Below are positions 51,517 to 64,000 of a DNA stretch of 64,000 bases, in pieces. Position numbers and translations under genes: made by a program. Under the pieces are notes generated by a model, which did no database searches, had not been told where the DNA came from, and worked only from the letters and a program-made list of their open reading frames with translations. Within the stretch, counting starts at the first letter, position 1, and each line of letters begins with the position of its first letter. Source of the stretch: Anthoceros angustus (lineage: Eukaryota > Plantae > Anthocerotophyta); NCBI GenBank assembly GCA_010909165.1, contig MU008168.1, forward strand, positions 930,001-994,000, written 5' to 3'.

Positions 51517-54500
51517 CTAAAGCCGTGTATTTAGCTGGAGTGCGTCATACACTGTTTTAGCCATCTGCTTCACTAACACTTGGCCACCAGAGCGTTCCCC
51601 GTCACGCCGCTCCCCAATCAGCTTCTGCAGTTTCTGAGGCAAGTCATACTCAACAATAAGCTGTTTTGGTCGAGGATGATGGTCGTACACTGCCTGCAAG
51701 TGTACATAGACACAAGTTATAGCCAGGACGAAGCCAGCTCTCGTGAGCTGATAGCTGCCCACTCTCAGACATATGCCGAACAGATTAAACACATCATGGA
51801 CGGGTTTGGTGGGCACACCTTTATCAATTTGAGAAGGTTGAGTCGAACAATGGCATCTTGATGATCTAATCTACCTACCAGCAGCGGGGTGAGCCCAGAA
51901 AGAGCCAAAGCTGTATTCAGGTGAACCGATTTGCTGCAAGCAACAAAGGTAAACCCAAGTCAGCCTACAAATCAAACTATCATCCCAGCTTCAACATTCT
52001 GTCTCCAACTCATCGTCTCCATAACACAGCTGCTTCCTTCTTAGAAGGAACTTCTGGCACCCTTCCTTGACCTTGTGAAAAAAATTGCCAGTTCCAGTCA
52101 AAGCTACATTATCTGTACTTGAACCAAACACAACTTCATGACTCGAGTAAAATCCACATAGCAGGTCTCGTATATACGTGATCATCTTCAGAAAAGGCTC
52201 CAATATGTGCACAAATGCAGCACCACCACACGACTGGAAAAAGGCCACCAGCTTCTGCAAGGCTTCTTTCTTAAGAAGCATCTGCTCGACTTTCCTCTGT
52301 TCATTGTCATGGGCTAAGCAAACCGCAAGAGAGTCCAGTGCACTGACAGCCCAATCATCGTCATCAAGTAAGCTCAGGTAAACTTCTAGCCCTTTGTGAG
52401 CCCTCAACTGTTCCCTGGTGTATCTTGATGCATGTGCCATGTCACATAGGAGCGGCAAAGCAAACTGCTTCAAGGGCGAGTTCGAGACAATGAAGTGCAT
52501 AAGATGTGGGATTATGCCACATTCAGCAGCTTGCTCTTGTCGCCTCTTGTTGATCTTGCACAAGTTGTAGAGCGCATTCAAAACCTGCTTGCACATGTGC
52601 AGAGTCAGAACAGAGAAAGCAAATCCCAGTCTTCATCACAGCCCGTGCGAGGCCAACAGTAACTGACCTGGTTATGTATGCGCCCAGTGTGGACTCCAGC
52701 CCTTCGATCCAGTAAAGGGACAAGGTGCTTAATTGCATCTGCTCTCTGCAAATACTCTAATGTACATGGATCCATTGAAAGCTCTTTGATGCACTCCAGG
52801 ATCTGCAAAAGAACCGTGTCAGTTGCTTTGCTGCAATTGATTCAATGCAGCACCTGAGCAGCAACACCAACCTTCAAAAGTATTGGAGGCTCGAGCTTGC
52901 CAAGGAGCTGAAAAAGCCGTATCAACACACTTCCACTGCATAGGTGGGACTTCACCATGGAATCAGCTCTACAAAACTCCAATAGTAGGCAGGCTATTTT
53001 AGAGACATAATCCTTTGCAACCTCAGCACTGATGCCAGAGACTGCTCGCGACCGCACTTCCGCCATGATTGGAATTTCTGATAGTCCATTTGCATCGTCA
53101 GATGACAGACTACTTCTCACAGAAGATGGCACGCGAGAAGCCTTCAGTCCACCATGTAATCCTGCGCCCATCCATCCAGCCTTGCTGGGTGTGGAAACAG
53201 CATCTCGTTGAGGCTCTGCAAGCACAGAAGTACATGGATCAGTCACCAGCAACCCGACAACCCAGATATGGAGCACCCTGTCAAGAGAGGAACTTACCTG
53301 AATCTATGGAAATCGAATCGAAGTCACCCATAAATTTCTTGTTCATGAGCTGATGATGCAAATAGGAGCCGGCGCTGTCACTCTTCCCATGACCTCCAAA
53401 TAGATGCCGAGTGCGGTCAAGCTGGCCAGACTGGGGCCTAGACGGAGGCTCCTTCTCCAAAAGACTCAAAAGTGGCAAAAAGTCGCCAGAGCTGGTTTGA
53501 AGGACCTCCTTCGTGAGGACGGACAAATCTGCATACCCCAAGTCTCCCCCCAAGCTGTCAGTTCATCAGCAAGTTGTTGAAGTGGTTTTCAGATCTTGAT
53601 GAGAAGACAGCTCCCTCACCATCATGTTTTTGCCAGGCAACATCAGAGATAGCCTGCTCCTTAGACATGGAAGAATGCCGCCGATGTTTACTCATGGACG
53701 CTGGCTGTGGAGCCTCTGCTTGACCTGATCTCACAGGATAATGCTGTGTTCGTGTATGTCTCACATTCTCCTGGTGGCTCGCTGAAAACTTTTGCAGTTG
53801 TGCGGTTGGATACCTGGAAGTTTCAGACATCAATGTTGACTGTTCATGTTGATTGTCTAGGCCAGACTGGATTCGGCTGGGGTCTAATTGACCAGAGAGA
53901 GCCTTCCCGTTCTCCTTGAGGCCCACAAAGGAGGGATGTGACTTTTCCAAAGGTCCAGAATAGGACTGCCGGCGACTTTTGTCAGCAGCAACTGCTCCAA
54001 TTCCAGCAGAAGGGAGGCGAGTCGACTCATTTAAACTGTAGAGAGCATCCACAAGTCTTACACATACACCACTCTTAGCAAAAATGCGGCAAAAATCATT
54101 TCGAGGTGTTGAAGTTTGTAGTCTGAAAACTTCCCACATTCCATCAATGGCTATGTGCACCATATCCCTGTAGCACATAAGAACTTAGCGATTCAGATGA
54201 GACCAATATGCACTGACATCTGCAGACATTCATCAACCTGAAAATAAGGACCCTGGTTCCAAAAAATTGAATGGACACAACTACAGGAATCAGATTTTAC
54301 CTGTATTTTACATAGTCAGTCTCTAGAAGGCCAACCAGGACTGGGAGGCCACGGCAGGCGATGAACATTTGAAGTGTTAGTTTACTGCAACCAACAGGGA
54401 CAGCACTGACTTCAGCCTGGAATGTGAAATGAGGATGCTCTTGCAGAAGAGGAGGAGCAGGTAACTTCACAGGGTGGAGTCAGGAGGTGGGACCTAGTAT

Positions 54501-57500
54501 GGCACAATTGCTGCACAAAATATGCAGCCTGCATACGAATCTCTTTTGAAACTTCTGGACCAGCAAAATTCATGACTGTGGGGATCTGCACCATAGCAAA
54601 GTTGGCAGCCATTCCTGTAGGTAAAGACAAGAGGAAACCAACCATCACCCAGGTCGAAATGCCTTACCACACCAACAAGGCAAGCATTCTCCTGAAAGTC
54701 AATATTGTTCTTCACTATCTCATTCAGCAATACCAAGACAGCGTGCACAACCTGAGGCATAATGAACAGTTGAACACACAGTCAGTCGGACTTTGAACAA
54801 AGCTGCTCACAGGTGTTAGTCAAGATTGCTTTCCACATTGTCTCTATCCTCAATTGTCTAAGTGACAACTAATTGCACAAATGACACATCCTCACCCTAC
54901 TATTGTTGACGTCGAGAATCTCCAGCAGTGGCATCACACCATGCTGATTTATAAGATGGCTCTTTTGCTCCGGGGATTCTGACAAGATGGTTACAAGTTT
55001 TTGACAAGACTCTAAAAGAATGTCTTCCGGCCCATCTGGTTTGAGAAGCCCTATCAATCGTGTGATCTCCAGTGCCTGTACCAGCGAAAGTGAATTACAG
55101 AGAAAAAGAAAACAAAAAATGCCAAGGGTCACAGCAGCCGGGTAGGTGACAGCTACCAAAAAGAAAACCAAAAAATGCCAAGGGTCACAGCAGCCCGGTG
55201 GGTGACAGCTACCAAAAAGAAAACCAAAAAATGCCAAGGGTGACAGCAGCCAGGTGGGTGACAGCTACCTGCTTAGCAACATAGTCCCGCCCCTCAGCTT
55301 CTCTTTCGTATCCCTGACATTCACAATTCGTCTGCCATCAGGATCCCAGTTCAAGCATACAAAGGGCATCAACCACCTCACAGCCATTCTTACCAGGCTG
55401 TCTATGTCTGCCCTCTCACATTCAGTGCCATCACCAATTCTGGATAGAACATCCTCATCACTTCTTCGAGAAGATCGGGCAGAATCCCTGTGAAATTTTT
55501 TGGCCATCTTTGCCTTCAACTTTGCTGCCAGACTATCTGACCCACTTCTGAATGAAGGTGAAGTTCCCCGTGCAGGCACCATGTGAGAGGTTGAGCTGGT
55601 GACACCAGCTGCCTCCAAAGTGGAGCCCTGCCGTGCTCCATCAAGGGGCTCCTCAATCAGGTCATCCAGTTGAGAATCTGCAGGTGTGTCGCTGAACTTA
55701 TCCAGGCCCACTGCAAAATGTGGTTCCAAATCCCTGCTCTGAGGATAACAGAAATTAAGCATGTGAAGCAGATTTGATTCAGTAGTGCGACTTCATACAG
55801 TTAAGTTTCATGTTTGCCCTCTCACCACTACAAGTCTCCAAAGCACAGACGAAGAAACTATCCCCACCAGCAAGAAACACAAAGCAGAATCCCAAGACAA
55901 ATTTCATTGGACGGGTGAGATTTGATGTGAGACCTGCAGGAGATGTGACGACCTAGTGGCATGCACATTTGAAGCCGTAGGATGATTTTCGTGACTGCTT
56001 GAAGGAACCCCATTCATGTCACCATTTTCTTCCTGCTTTGACACTGTTCCTCTCTTCTCAGTTGGCCCCCTTTCTGCAGATGTTGCTCCACTTTCAAGCC
56101 CATTCTGGTCACTTGAAGTAGGAAACCCATCCTCCAGCTCCTGTGAGGTTCTTGTTGACCTACATGGGACATGCCAGCACCGGAGTCACACTCCTTAGGT
56201 CACTTTCTACTCCAACCATTTTTCTGCCCACACAAGACGTTCGCACTCCATTGATCCTTCCAACTTTCCAATCCCTCTGCAAGTGCACCGAAACGGGGCC
56301 AGGACAATCCATTCAGCCAGCAGAGGATCTCAACGACTCCTTAAGAAGAGAGGACTCACCCCACGTCCCCACCCAGAACCCTATCCAGCTCTCTCGTGTG
56401 GACAGAGCTTGGTAGAGTTCGCTTGGAACTCCGGATCCATGGATGTTCCAAAAGTGTCCTGGCATCTGGTCTTAGCTTTGCATCCTGTTCCCCAGGAAGA
56501 GCAATGAATCAATTCATCCAACTATTCTTACCAGCTCTGCAAACAGCACCACCACAGCTTTGACCAGGTTAAGTCTTACCTTCCGAAAGCATTGGTGCAA
56601 AAAGTCCACAATGGAGGGTGATAAATGCTCCGGTATCGGTGGGTGATCATCCTGCATAGAGAATGGAGTGAGAATCTTGTGGAAAAAGAAAACTTGCTCT
56701 TGGTTCTTGGACATACATTAAGGGTCCACTGGGGTTGCAGGTGTGCACTTCCAACTAAGTAGGGGTGCAGTCTGTGGTAAACAAGACCGACAAATGTACG
56801 CTTTCCACAGGTCAACACATCTCAAGTTGAAACAGTTGTAAAATACCTGAACAATCCTGAAAAGAGCTGGCATGGGTTGGAGGTCATAGTAGGGAGGCAC
56901 ACACGTGAGCAATTCAATCACGGTGCAACCTACACTCCAAATGTCAGATGCTGTACTCACACCTGACATATCGATGACCTGTGACCGAACCAGAATGTTA
57001 ATCCCAGATGAAAGCCGAAGACAAAACGATGAACACCAACAGCCAGACAAACAACACAGCCAAGCGTTGCAGGAAGGACAGTTCTGTGTGAGATCTGTAT
57101 CACACCTCAGGGGCCATCCAGTATGGTGTGCCAACCACTGAATGTGTGTTCACATCAGCCTCAGTCAGTTTCGTGGCAACACCAAAGTCTGCCAATTTGA
57201 CAAGACCCTGTACACACCAAAAACTGAGTGAAGTTAGATCTAGGTTGCAGACATGTATTGTGACGACAAATGCACATTAGAAGTCAGAACTTCTAGAACC
57301 AGGAACAGATGGAAGCTGCACCTCTTTGGTAGTAAGAATATTGGCACCCTTAATATCCCTGTGGATGACTCCCTGTTCATGCAGATATACAAGCCCCTCC
57401 AAAACCTGTCCCCAGAAACATAAATAAATAAATGAGTAGAACAGAGATGCTTCAAAGAGCGGCGGCTACCTCATCCTATGTGAGGCATTCGCATTCACAT

Positions 57501-58484
57501 TCACAGCAATAAAAGTTCAGCTTGTACTAGTTTTCCCAGATGCTTTCATCAGAAAGTGAGGTCAAACAACAAGGTGAGTTCCAATCAATGACTTGTCTTT
57601 CAGAACAGAACGAAGGGGAAGCACGGTGGTGGCAGGAAGGGGAACCTGTTTGATGTAGACTGCAACGAGTGACTCGGGAAAGGCCCCAAATTTATTAGGC
57701 TTGATGATATTAGCCAGAGAGCCATTCTCAACATACCTGTAATACGGCTGATAAGACAGTTGAGAAAGAGGAATAGGTGGATGTTCAAAAGCATGGTGGA
57801 AAGAGGAGGAAACGATTCCGTACTCGAGTATGATGTAGAGGTGAGTCTTCGTCTTGAAGGAGCCCAAGTACTTGACAATATTCTTATGGTTCAGGTTCTG
57901 CAGGCAGAGAGTCGTAATGTGATTAAGGTCCTCCGTGGTGGAAGCAATGAAGGGCAGGTGTGAAGTTGGCGGAAGTCTAGGTGGCTGGGGCGATGCAGAT
58001 AGATACCTTGAGCAGGTCGATCTCTTGCTGCAGAAAGACGTGCGCAGTTGAGGCGGCATCAGCAGCAGCAGAACACAAGTCAGCTACAGGGCAGCGAAGA
58101 TGAGGAGGGAAGATTTGATGGCAGGCGGGCACGAGGGAAGAAGAGAAGACAAGGTACCATGATGCTGGCAAGGTCCTCCGCCGGGATATTCTCCCAGGTA
58201 ACCTGTTTGATAGCCACAAAGTCGCCATTGTCCAAGTCCAGCCCCTTGTACACCCTCCCATATGCGCCCTTCCCAATTTCATCCCCCAAGAGCTGTGGCA
58301 GCAAGAAGGGAAAGCAAAACCTAAATGAAGAGGGGAACAAGAGGAGCGCAAATTGAAGGTGTCGGGCAATACATACACGCAGGCGGCGGGGTGGGGGCAT
58401 TGTCGATGTCGTGGCTTCACTTACGTATTTGTCATTGAGAGTCTTGGATTGATGAAAGTGTGAGGATGCGTTCTGGCGCGACAT
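51517..58484 (-). CDS. MAP3KE1: MAP3K-epsilon (Cdc7/Cdc15-like) kinase with C-terminal armadillo-like region, multi-exon
   Basis: [153 protein letters not shown]...[10 protein letters not shown]-stop. Confidence 0.95.
55103..55269. repeat. ~56-bp tandem repeat x3 filling an intron of MAP3K-epsilon
   Basis: Unit AAAAAGAAAACCAAAAAATGCCAAGGGTCACAGCAGCCGGGTGGGTGACAGCTACC; intron 55076-55268. Confidence 0.9.
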
Positions 58485-58659
58485 GATATGCAACAGGATC
58501 TGACTCTGAAGCACGGTCAGCTGCCGTCATTTTCCAATCAAATAAAGAGCCGAGCTTCCATCCTGTGCCTGTGGTGCGGAATGCTCCAGAGCCTAGGTCA
58601 ATTGGTGGTGGGCGGCGTCGGGATGACTCAGGATGGCGTGGATTCCGCAGGGCGGCCGG

Positions 58660-59770
58660 CGGTCTGCTGCGCTGCTGCTGCTGCTGCCTCCCGAGTCCCC
58701 ATCATATCCTAATCCTGATGCCACCGCTGATGCTACTGCTGAAGCTGCTGCTGCTGCTGCCTGCTAATGCTGAGGACCCAGGAAGGAGGAGGAGGCGGCG
58801 GCGGCGGCGGCGGAGGGAGACAGCAGTGAGGTCGTCAGGAGATGCTGAATGCTGCAGCTGCAGCAGCAGCTCCTACAGCTGGAAACAAGAGGCGAGGAGG
58901 ACGCATCCATAATGGAAGCCGAGCAGCCGAGCAACGGGGTCGGAGGCGACGCAGAGGAGAAGACAGAGCAGAAGAGAGCAGGGCAGAGACGAGCAGAGGC
59001 GGAGAGGGCCAGCCCCGACCAGCCTGCTGGGCAGACTGATAACAAGGGAAGGACGAGGTGGGTGAGGAGAGGAAAGGGGAGGGGAGGAGGAGCTGCTCCT
59101 GATTCCGGCTTCCTGCTCCTGCTCCTGCTCCTGCTGATGCTGCTGCTGCTGCTGCTGATGCCTGCAGCTGGTGCTGCTGGGCTGCAACTTGCGGGGGTAG
59201 GGGAAGGGGAGGGGGCCGCTGGTGCTGGTGCTGGTGATGGTGGTGGCTGGGACCCGACCCGACCCGACCCGGCCCGACCCGATCCGCCCCGAAGAGGCCC
59301 CGAGCCTAGGCAAGCCGAGGCAAGCCGAGCCTGCGTGCCTTCCTTCCTTCCCGATGGCCTGTTAACAGCCTTTGGCTTGTGTGCTGGTATCAAGAGTTTT
59401 GTGAGAGCTCCTCCTCCCTGGCTCCGCTCCTGCATGACCAACCTCCCATATCTATCTCTCTATCTATCTACATGCATACATAATCGTGTGCAGCGTGAGA
59501 GAGAGAGAGAGAGAGAGAGAGAGCCAGGCCCAGCCAGCGAGCGAGAGAGCGTGAAACAGAGAGAGAGAGATTAGGAGTATTTTTTAGGAGCGGGCCACAG
59601 AGTTAGAGTTAGAGAGAGATAGAGAGAGAGGGGAAAGGAGAGTGCGGGTGCCTGGGCCTGCGCCTGCGCCTGCTTGCCAGCCCAGTCCAGCCAGCCAGAG
59701 TCCAGCATTCCAGCATTCCAGCATTCCCGCATTCCAGCATTCCAGCATTCCAGCATTCCAGCATTCCAGC
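58660..59770. repeat. Microsatellite-rich 5' region of MAP3K-epsilon: (CTG)n, (GGC)n, (GA)n, (CCAGCATT)n
   Basis: Direct reading; (CCAGCATT) about x8 at 59702-59768 and (GA)n at 59498-59522. Confidence 0.9.
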
Positions 59771-61789
59771 CCACAGCCAAGCCAGCCAGCCAGCCAGCCG
59801 GGTGTGCTTTACTCGTGTCAGCTGTTTCTGACACAAATAGACCGGGCATCGTAGCTTCTGCAATCTGCAAATGCCAATGCCACGCTCATGGGTTCCATCA
59901 ACCCCTTTCCTTTCATCACCCCCTACCCTTCACATGGAATGGCATCTTCATCCACCGCCCCTCAACTCAAACACAAACTCAACTCAATTCAATTCAATTC
60001 AATTCAAATTTTATGAAGGTGTTCCACATGTAGGTCTCAAATCCAAGCGTCCTCTTCAAGGATGAAACCATGAAACCATGGCTATGGACGTACGTATGGC
60101 TGAACTTTGTTGCTATGTGCTGCCCATGGACCATGGACCACAGCCATGCATGTCGCAGCAGTTTGTCTGTGGCCGGTTCCAAAGTGACACGTTTGGGGAC
60201 CGGCCCGTGGCATCCATGTCACCACGATGCCCACCAATCGCCTCGGTGTGGTGTGAACCCGCCCTTTGGAGCCCGCGTAGCTTCGCAGAGAGTCCACGGC
60301 GTGTGGTATGTATAAATGTGCATGGATGTACTGCTCTTTCATGCTCCTTTATGCACCTCTTTTATTGCACCGCTGCTGCTGCTGACACCAGGTATGTGTA
60401 TACCTACTCTGGAATCTGTACTAGTCTAGGTATAATAAGTGATAGACCAAAGTCTGCTGGAGTAGGGAAAAAATACTTCTTCACTTTATTATGACTTTAT
60501 AATCTTTTACCAAAATATATATGGTAATAGATATTTGGGTCTATTGAAAGAAAAAGGAAGTTTGTGGTGAATTGCTGAATAAGTAGAGATGAATGAACTA
60601 TGGGAGTTTTATGGGGACTTGTGAGAGCAACTAATGGGCTCCACACCTAAAGTCACCTCCAATATTTGTGATGTCATGTCCGGAGAAATGGAAGGACCTA
60701 AGTAGGATTCAAGTCATCTGGCAAGACCGATTTCCTACTCATAATATCCGTAAGGATTGCATGGTCGACGAGATAAAACGGCCTACCTTATCAGGCCTGG
60801 GGCCGTTCAAGATGCATCTTTTCCTATCCTTAGGTGTCGTAGTGTCCCAATGGAGAGAAGCAGGTGACCTACGTACCATTGGGGTCGTCCCAGATGCATC
60901 TCTTGGCATGCATGTACTAGGGGACAAAACGACTAACATGCTGCTGGGTCGTCCAAGGTACATCTCATGTTGTCATTACTGTCCTCATAAAATCGTCCAA
61001 GGTGCAGCTCATATTGCCATTACTGTCCTCATAAAACCTAGATATCGCTAGGATCGTGGAAGATATATCTCTTACTATCGTCCTTGTATTGTACTCAAGA
61101 TTGTTCTACATGTATCGTACTTAAGATTGTTCCACACATATTGTACTCAAGATTGTTCCACACATATCTCTTTTTTCTATTCAATAGATCACTGTCTTGA
61201 TCCACTCTATGTACTTTAGACTTTCCATTCGATAGATCACTGATCCACTCTACGTAGGTACTCTAGGTACCAACCAAGTCCCTTGACGGAAATGTTGTCC
61301 TTAGTGGACTAGAATAGAGTCCTTTCTTCTTCTTCTTCCACTCAGTCAACTAGATTCAGTCTTCTACGTTTGTACATATGTACATGTGAGTACTATGGAG
61401 GCATGCTCCTATGCTTATACTGAGAATATGGCTACTAGAGAATATGTATGTAGAAGAAAACCGATTTCCTATAACACATAGACAAGGTAGATTGTAGAAA
61501 TATACTCTATATGTTGATAGTTTAGACAAACAATGATGCAAGTTGTCCGGTAAATATATAAACTTTCTATGGAACTAGTTCAGGGCACACCATGATGCAA
61601 ATTGTTGGGTACTAGGTACCATGACGGAAATGCCATCCTCTGTGGACTACAATAGGTTCTTCTTCTTCTTCTTCTTCTTCTTCTTCTTTCATTTCCTTGA
61701 TTTTTTTTTTGTGATGCATATATCCTTGGTTGGGTGTTGTTTGTGCTGATGCCGACCGGTGGTGTTGTGGCTAGATCGCTTAGTAGAGG

Positions 61790-62130
61790 TGCGAGAGATC
61801 TGGCTCTCACCACATGCAGGCACCAATTCGCTAGAGCTAGCGGAGATATGGCTCTCAACACGTAGGCATCTATGGTTCTCATCGCGTAGGCATCAATCCG
61901 CTAGAGGTGGCGGAGATCTGGCTCCCACCACATAGGTACCAATTTTTTTGCATCTATGGCTCTCATCGCGTAGGCATCAATTCGCTAGAGGTGGCGGAGA
62001 TCTGGCTCCCACCACATAGGCACCAATTTTTTTGCTGTCTTAGAGTGTGGTTGGAGCTGACAGAGATTTGGCTCTCGCCAAGCACAAGGTGGCTGGAGCT
62101 AGGAGAGATCTCGCTCTCACCAAGCACAAG
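61790..62130. repeat. Degenerate tandem repeat cluster
   Basis: Recurrent GCTAGAG(G/C)TGGCGGAGATCTGGCTC(C/T)CACCACATAGG units, with an ~83-bp period in part. Confidence 0.75.
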
Positions 62131-63063
62131 GTCCCCATGACGGAGGTTGGATTGGAGGATAGGAAGGCGTTTGAATTGGAGGAGCACAAGAGGTTGCAAG
62201 ACATGCCATCCTTCATGTAGCACCAGATTCATTGCTCGGGCACCGAGCCTCTTCACCCTCAATGCCACAGTGGAAAACTATTTCTAGCTTAGCAAATCTA
62301 CAAACAACTTATGACCAACATACAAACGGTGACCAACATAGTTTCGAAGACTGAAGTGTTCATTGCAAGTTGAGTAAACAAAAGCTGTACATAATCAAAG
62401 TGAATTATGCTTATAGAGATAACCTTAGTTATGATCTCCTTCATGGATTGTTTTGGCAAGAAAGTGTGAAGCTAACTGTTGGAGACTTCACGTATGTGTA
62501 TGTGCGTGACATATAGAACTCTATAAAACGATAGATAATTTGGATTCATAAATGAACTTATAAAGTAATAACATCAGCTATGAATATAGTCCCGATAATC
62601 CTACTCTTATAGGTATATAGCCTTTCATCTCATATCATATACAGGTGTTATAGGCACAGTAGACACGGAGCCGAATCACTCTTGTCTTACCATGATCCTT
62701 GTGGTCCCCTTAAGTGTTCAACGGTAGATGGGCCCTCCTCATGTCGTTAGGATCTCAATAAAGATACCACTTTCATTTCATTTCATTTCCTTTCCTTTCC
62801 TTTGGTTTGGTTTTGTTTTATTTTTGGTTCCGGTTGCCTTTCTGTCTTCCATCTTCTCCCCCTGGCGTAGAGGCCCTCAGTCGCCAGCAGCAAGCAGCAG
62901 CAGGAGCAGCGGCCGCGACCATTACACCATCACCACTAACCCGGTCCCTGATCCCTAGCCGACCGTACCCGAACTCCACCACTTGAGGCGATAACGCGTC
63001 CCTTGGTCGTCTTGTCTCGTCTCGAGCAGCCAAGCCAAGCCAAGGAAGCGAAAGAAGCGAGGG

Positions 63064-64000
63064 ATGTTTTCCCTGCTGTACGGTCTGTGGAAGTATCTCT
63101 TCAGCAAAGCGGAGTTCCATGTGCTCATTCTAGGCATCGACAAGGCTGGCAAGACGGTGCTGCAATTTGCCCTGCAAAGCACGCACCAGCGAAGGCTGGC
63201 AGGGTCATCCTCCTCATGTCTCCTTTCCTTTCATGTCCCCGCAGACTCTGCTGGAGAAACTCAAGACACTCTACTCCGATCTCGATGGACTTCCCCCGGA
63301 TCGGATTGTGCCTACAGTAGGGCTCAACATTTGCAGGGTGGAGGCGCTCAAGTCGAAGCTCATCTTCTGGGATCTCGGGGGTCAGGTGTCACCCCTCGCT
63401 TCACCCATTTCTCCTTTCCCTTGTCCCTGCTCAATGGCCACTCATCTTTCCCTGGCCTGTGCAGCTTGGCTTGCGGAGTATATGGGAGAAATACTATGAA
63501 GAGGCTCATGCAATTCTTTACGTTGTGGATGCTGCTTGCCAACCTCGCCTTGAAGAGTCAAAGTCTGCTCTAGGTATGTATCTTCCCTTCACGGTGCTGC
63601 CGTCTTCTCCTTATCTAGGTGGTGCAGGAGCGGAAGTAAACAAAGAATGAATGGGTGCAGCCAAGGTTCTTCGACATGAAGATTTAGCTGGGGCACCAAT
63701 TCTCATCTTTGCAAACAAGCAGGTTGTTGCTTTTGCTACCGTTTCGTCTTACCGCTCAGTTACGCCACCAGCAAGTGCGCAGCACCCCTCCTCGCTGCCT
63801 CTCTCTTTCTCATGTGCGCCGTGGCCTTGTCTGTGCTTTGCTTCTAGGATCTAGCAGGAGCTTTGACAGCTGATGAGCTGTCCAGATATCTTGGTCTCAA
63901 AGAGCTGAGTGAGCGGGCGTCCATGGTCAAGGCAATCTCTGCGTATGACGGGTAACCAGTCGGCAAGGTTGGGTTTGATTGGATGGTTGTTGTTGCCAAG
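63064..64000 (+). CDS. ARFRP1: ARF-related protein 1 (ARFRP1/Arl3-like) small GTPase, multi-exon, 3' end outside the window
   Basis: MFSLLYGLWKYLFSKAEFHVLILGIDKAGKT, PDRIVPTVGLNI, FWDLGGQ, LRSIWEKYYEEAHA, PILIFANKQD, AISAYDG; MF N-terminus without a myristoylation Gly. Confidence 0.93.

Noticed and set aside
58764-59870. ORFs of 100-240 aa upstream of MAP3K-epsilon
   Set aside because: Produced by GC-rich microsatellites; low-complexity translations on both strands and no domain signal.

Overview
Eukaryotic nuclear DNA from a land plant, most likely a hornwort (inferred from GRP-type DYW:KP and WW-type PPR editing factors plus short introns). From left to right the window holds: a Ty1/copia LTR retrotransposon (1022-6440, TSD CTTAC) nested in older degenerate sequence; a rearranged, partly triplicated PLS-PPR-E1-E2-DYW:KP(GRP) locus (8523-17400), a candidate U-to-C RNA editing factor whose first copy carries an N-terminal OSB/PTAC9-type PDF motif; a MAK/MHK-like kinase; an AT-rich tandem-repeat island with a duplicated ABCG fragment; a ~32-motif PLS-PPR ending in a truncated WW-type PG box; PTAC10; a second, related copia element (36244-42533, minus strand, TSD ACTTT); a Ty3/gypsy gag remnant and repeats; MAP3K-epsilon; and the 5' part of an ARFRP1-like GTPase. 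Best leads: the PDF-PPR-DYW:KP fusion, and the extra ORF upstream of gag in both copia elements. Caveat: repeats and PPR copies carry many 1-bp indels, so some frameshifts and duplications may be long-read consensus or assembly artefacts. All motif comparisons were made by eye from recalled consensus sequences, without database searches.
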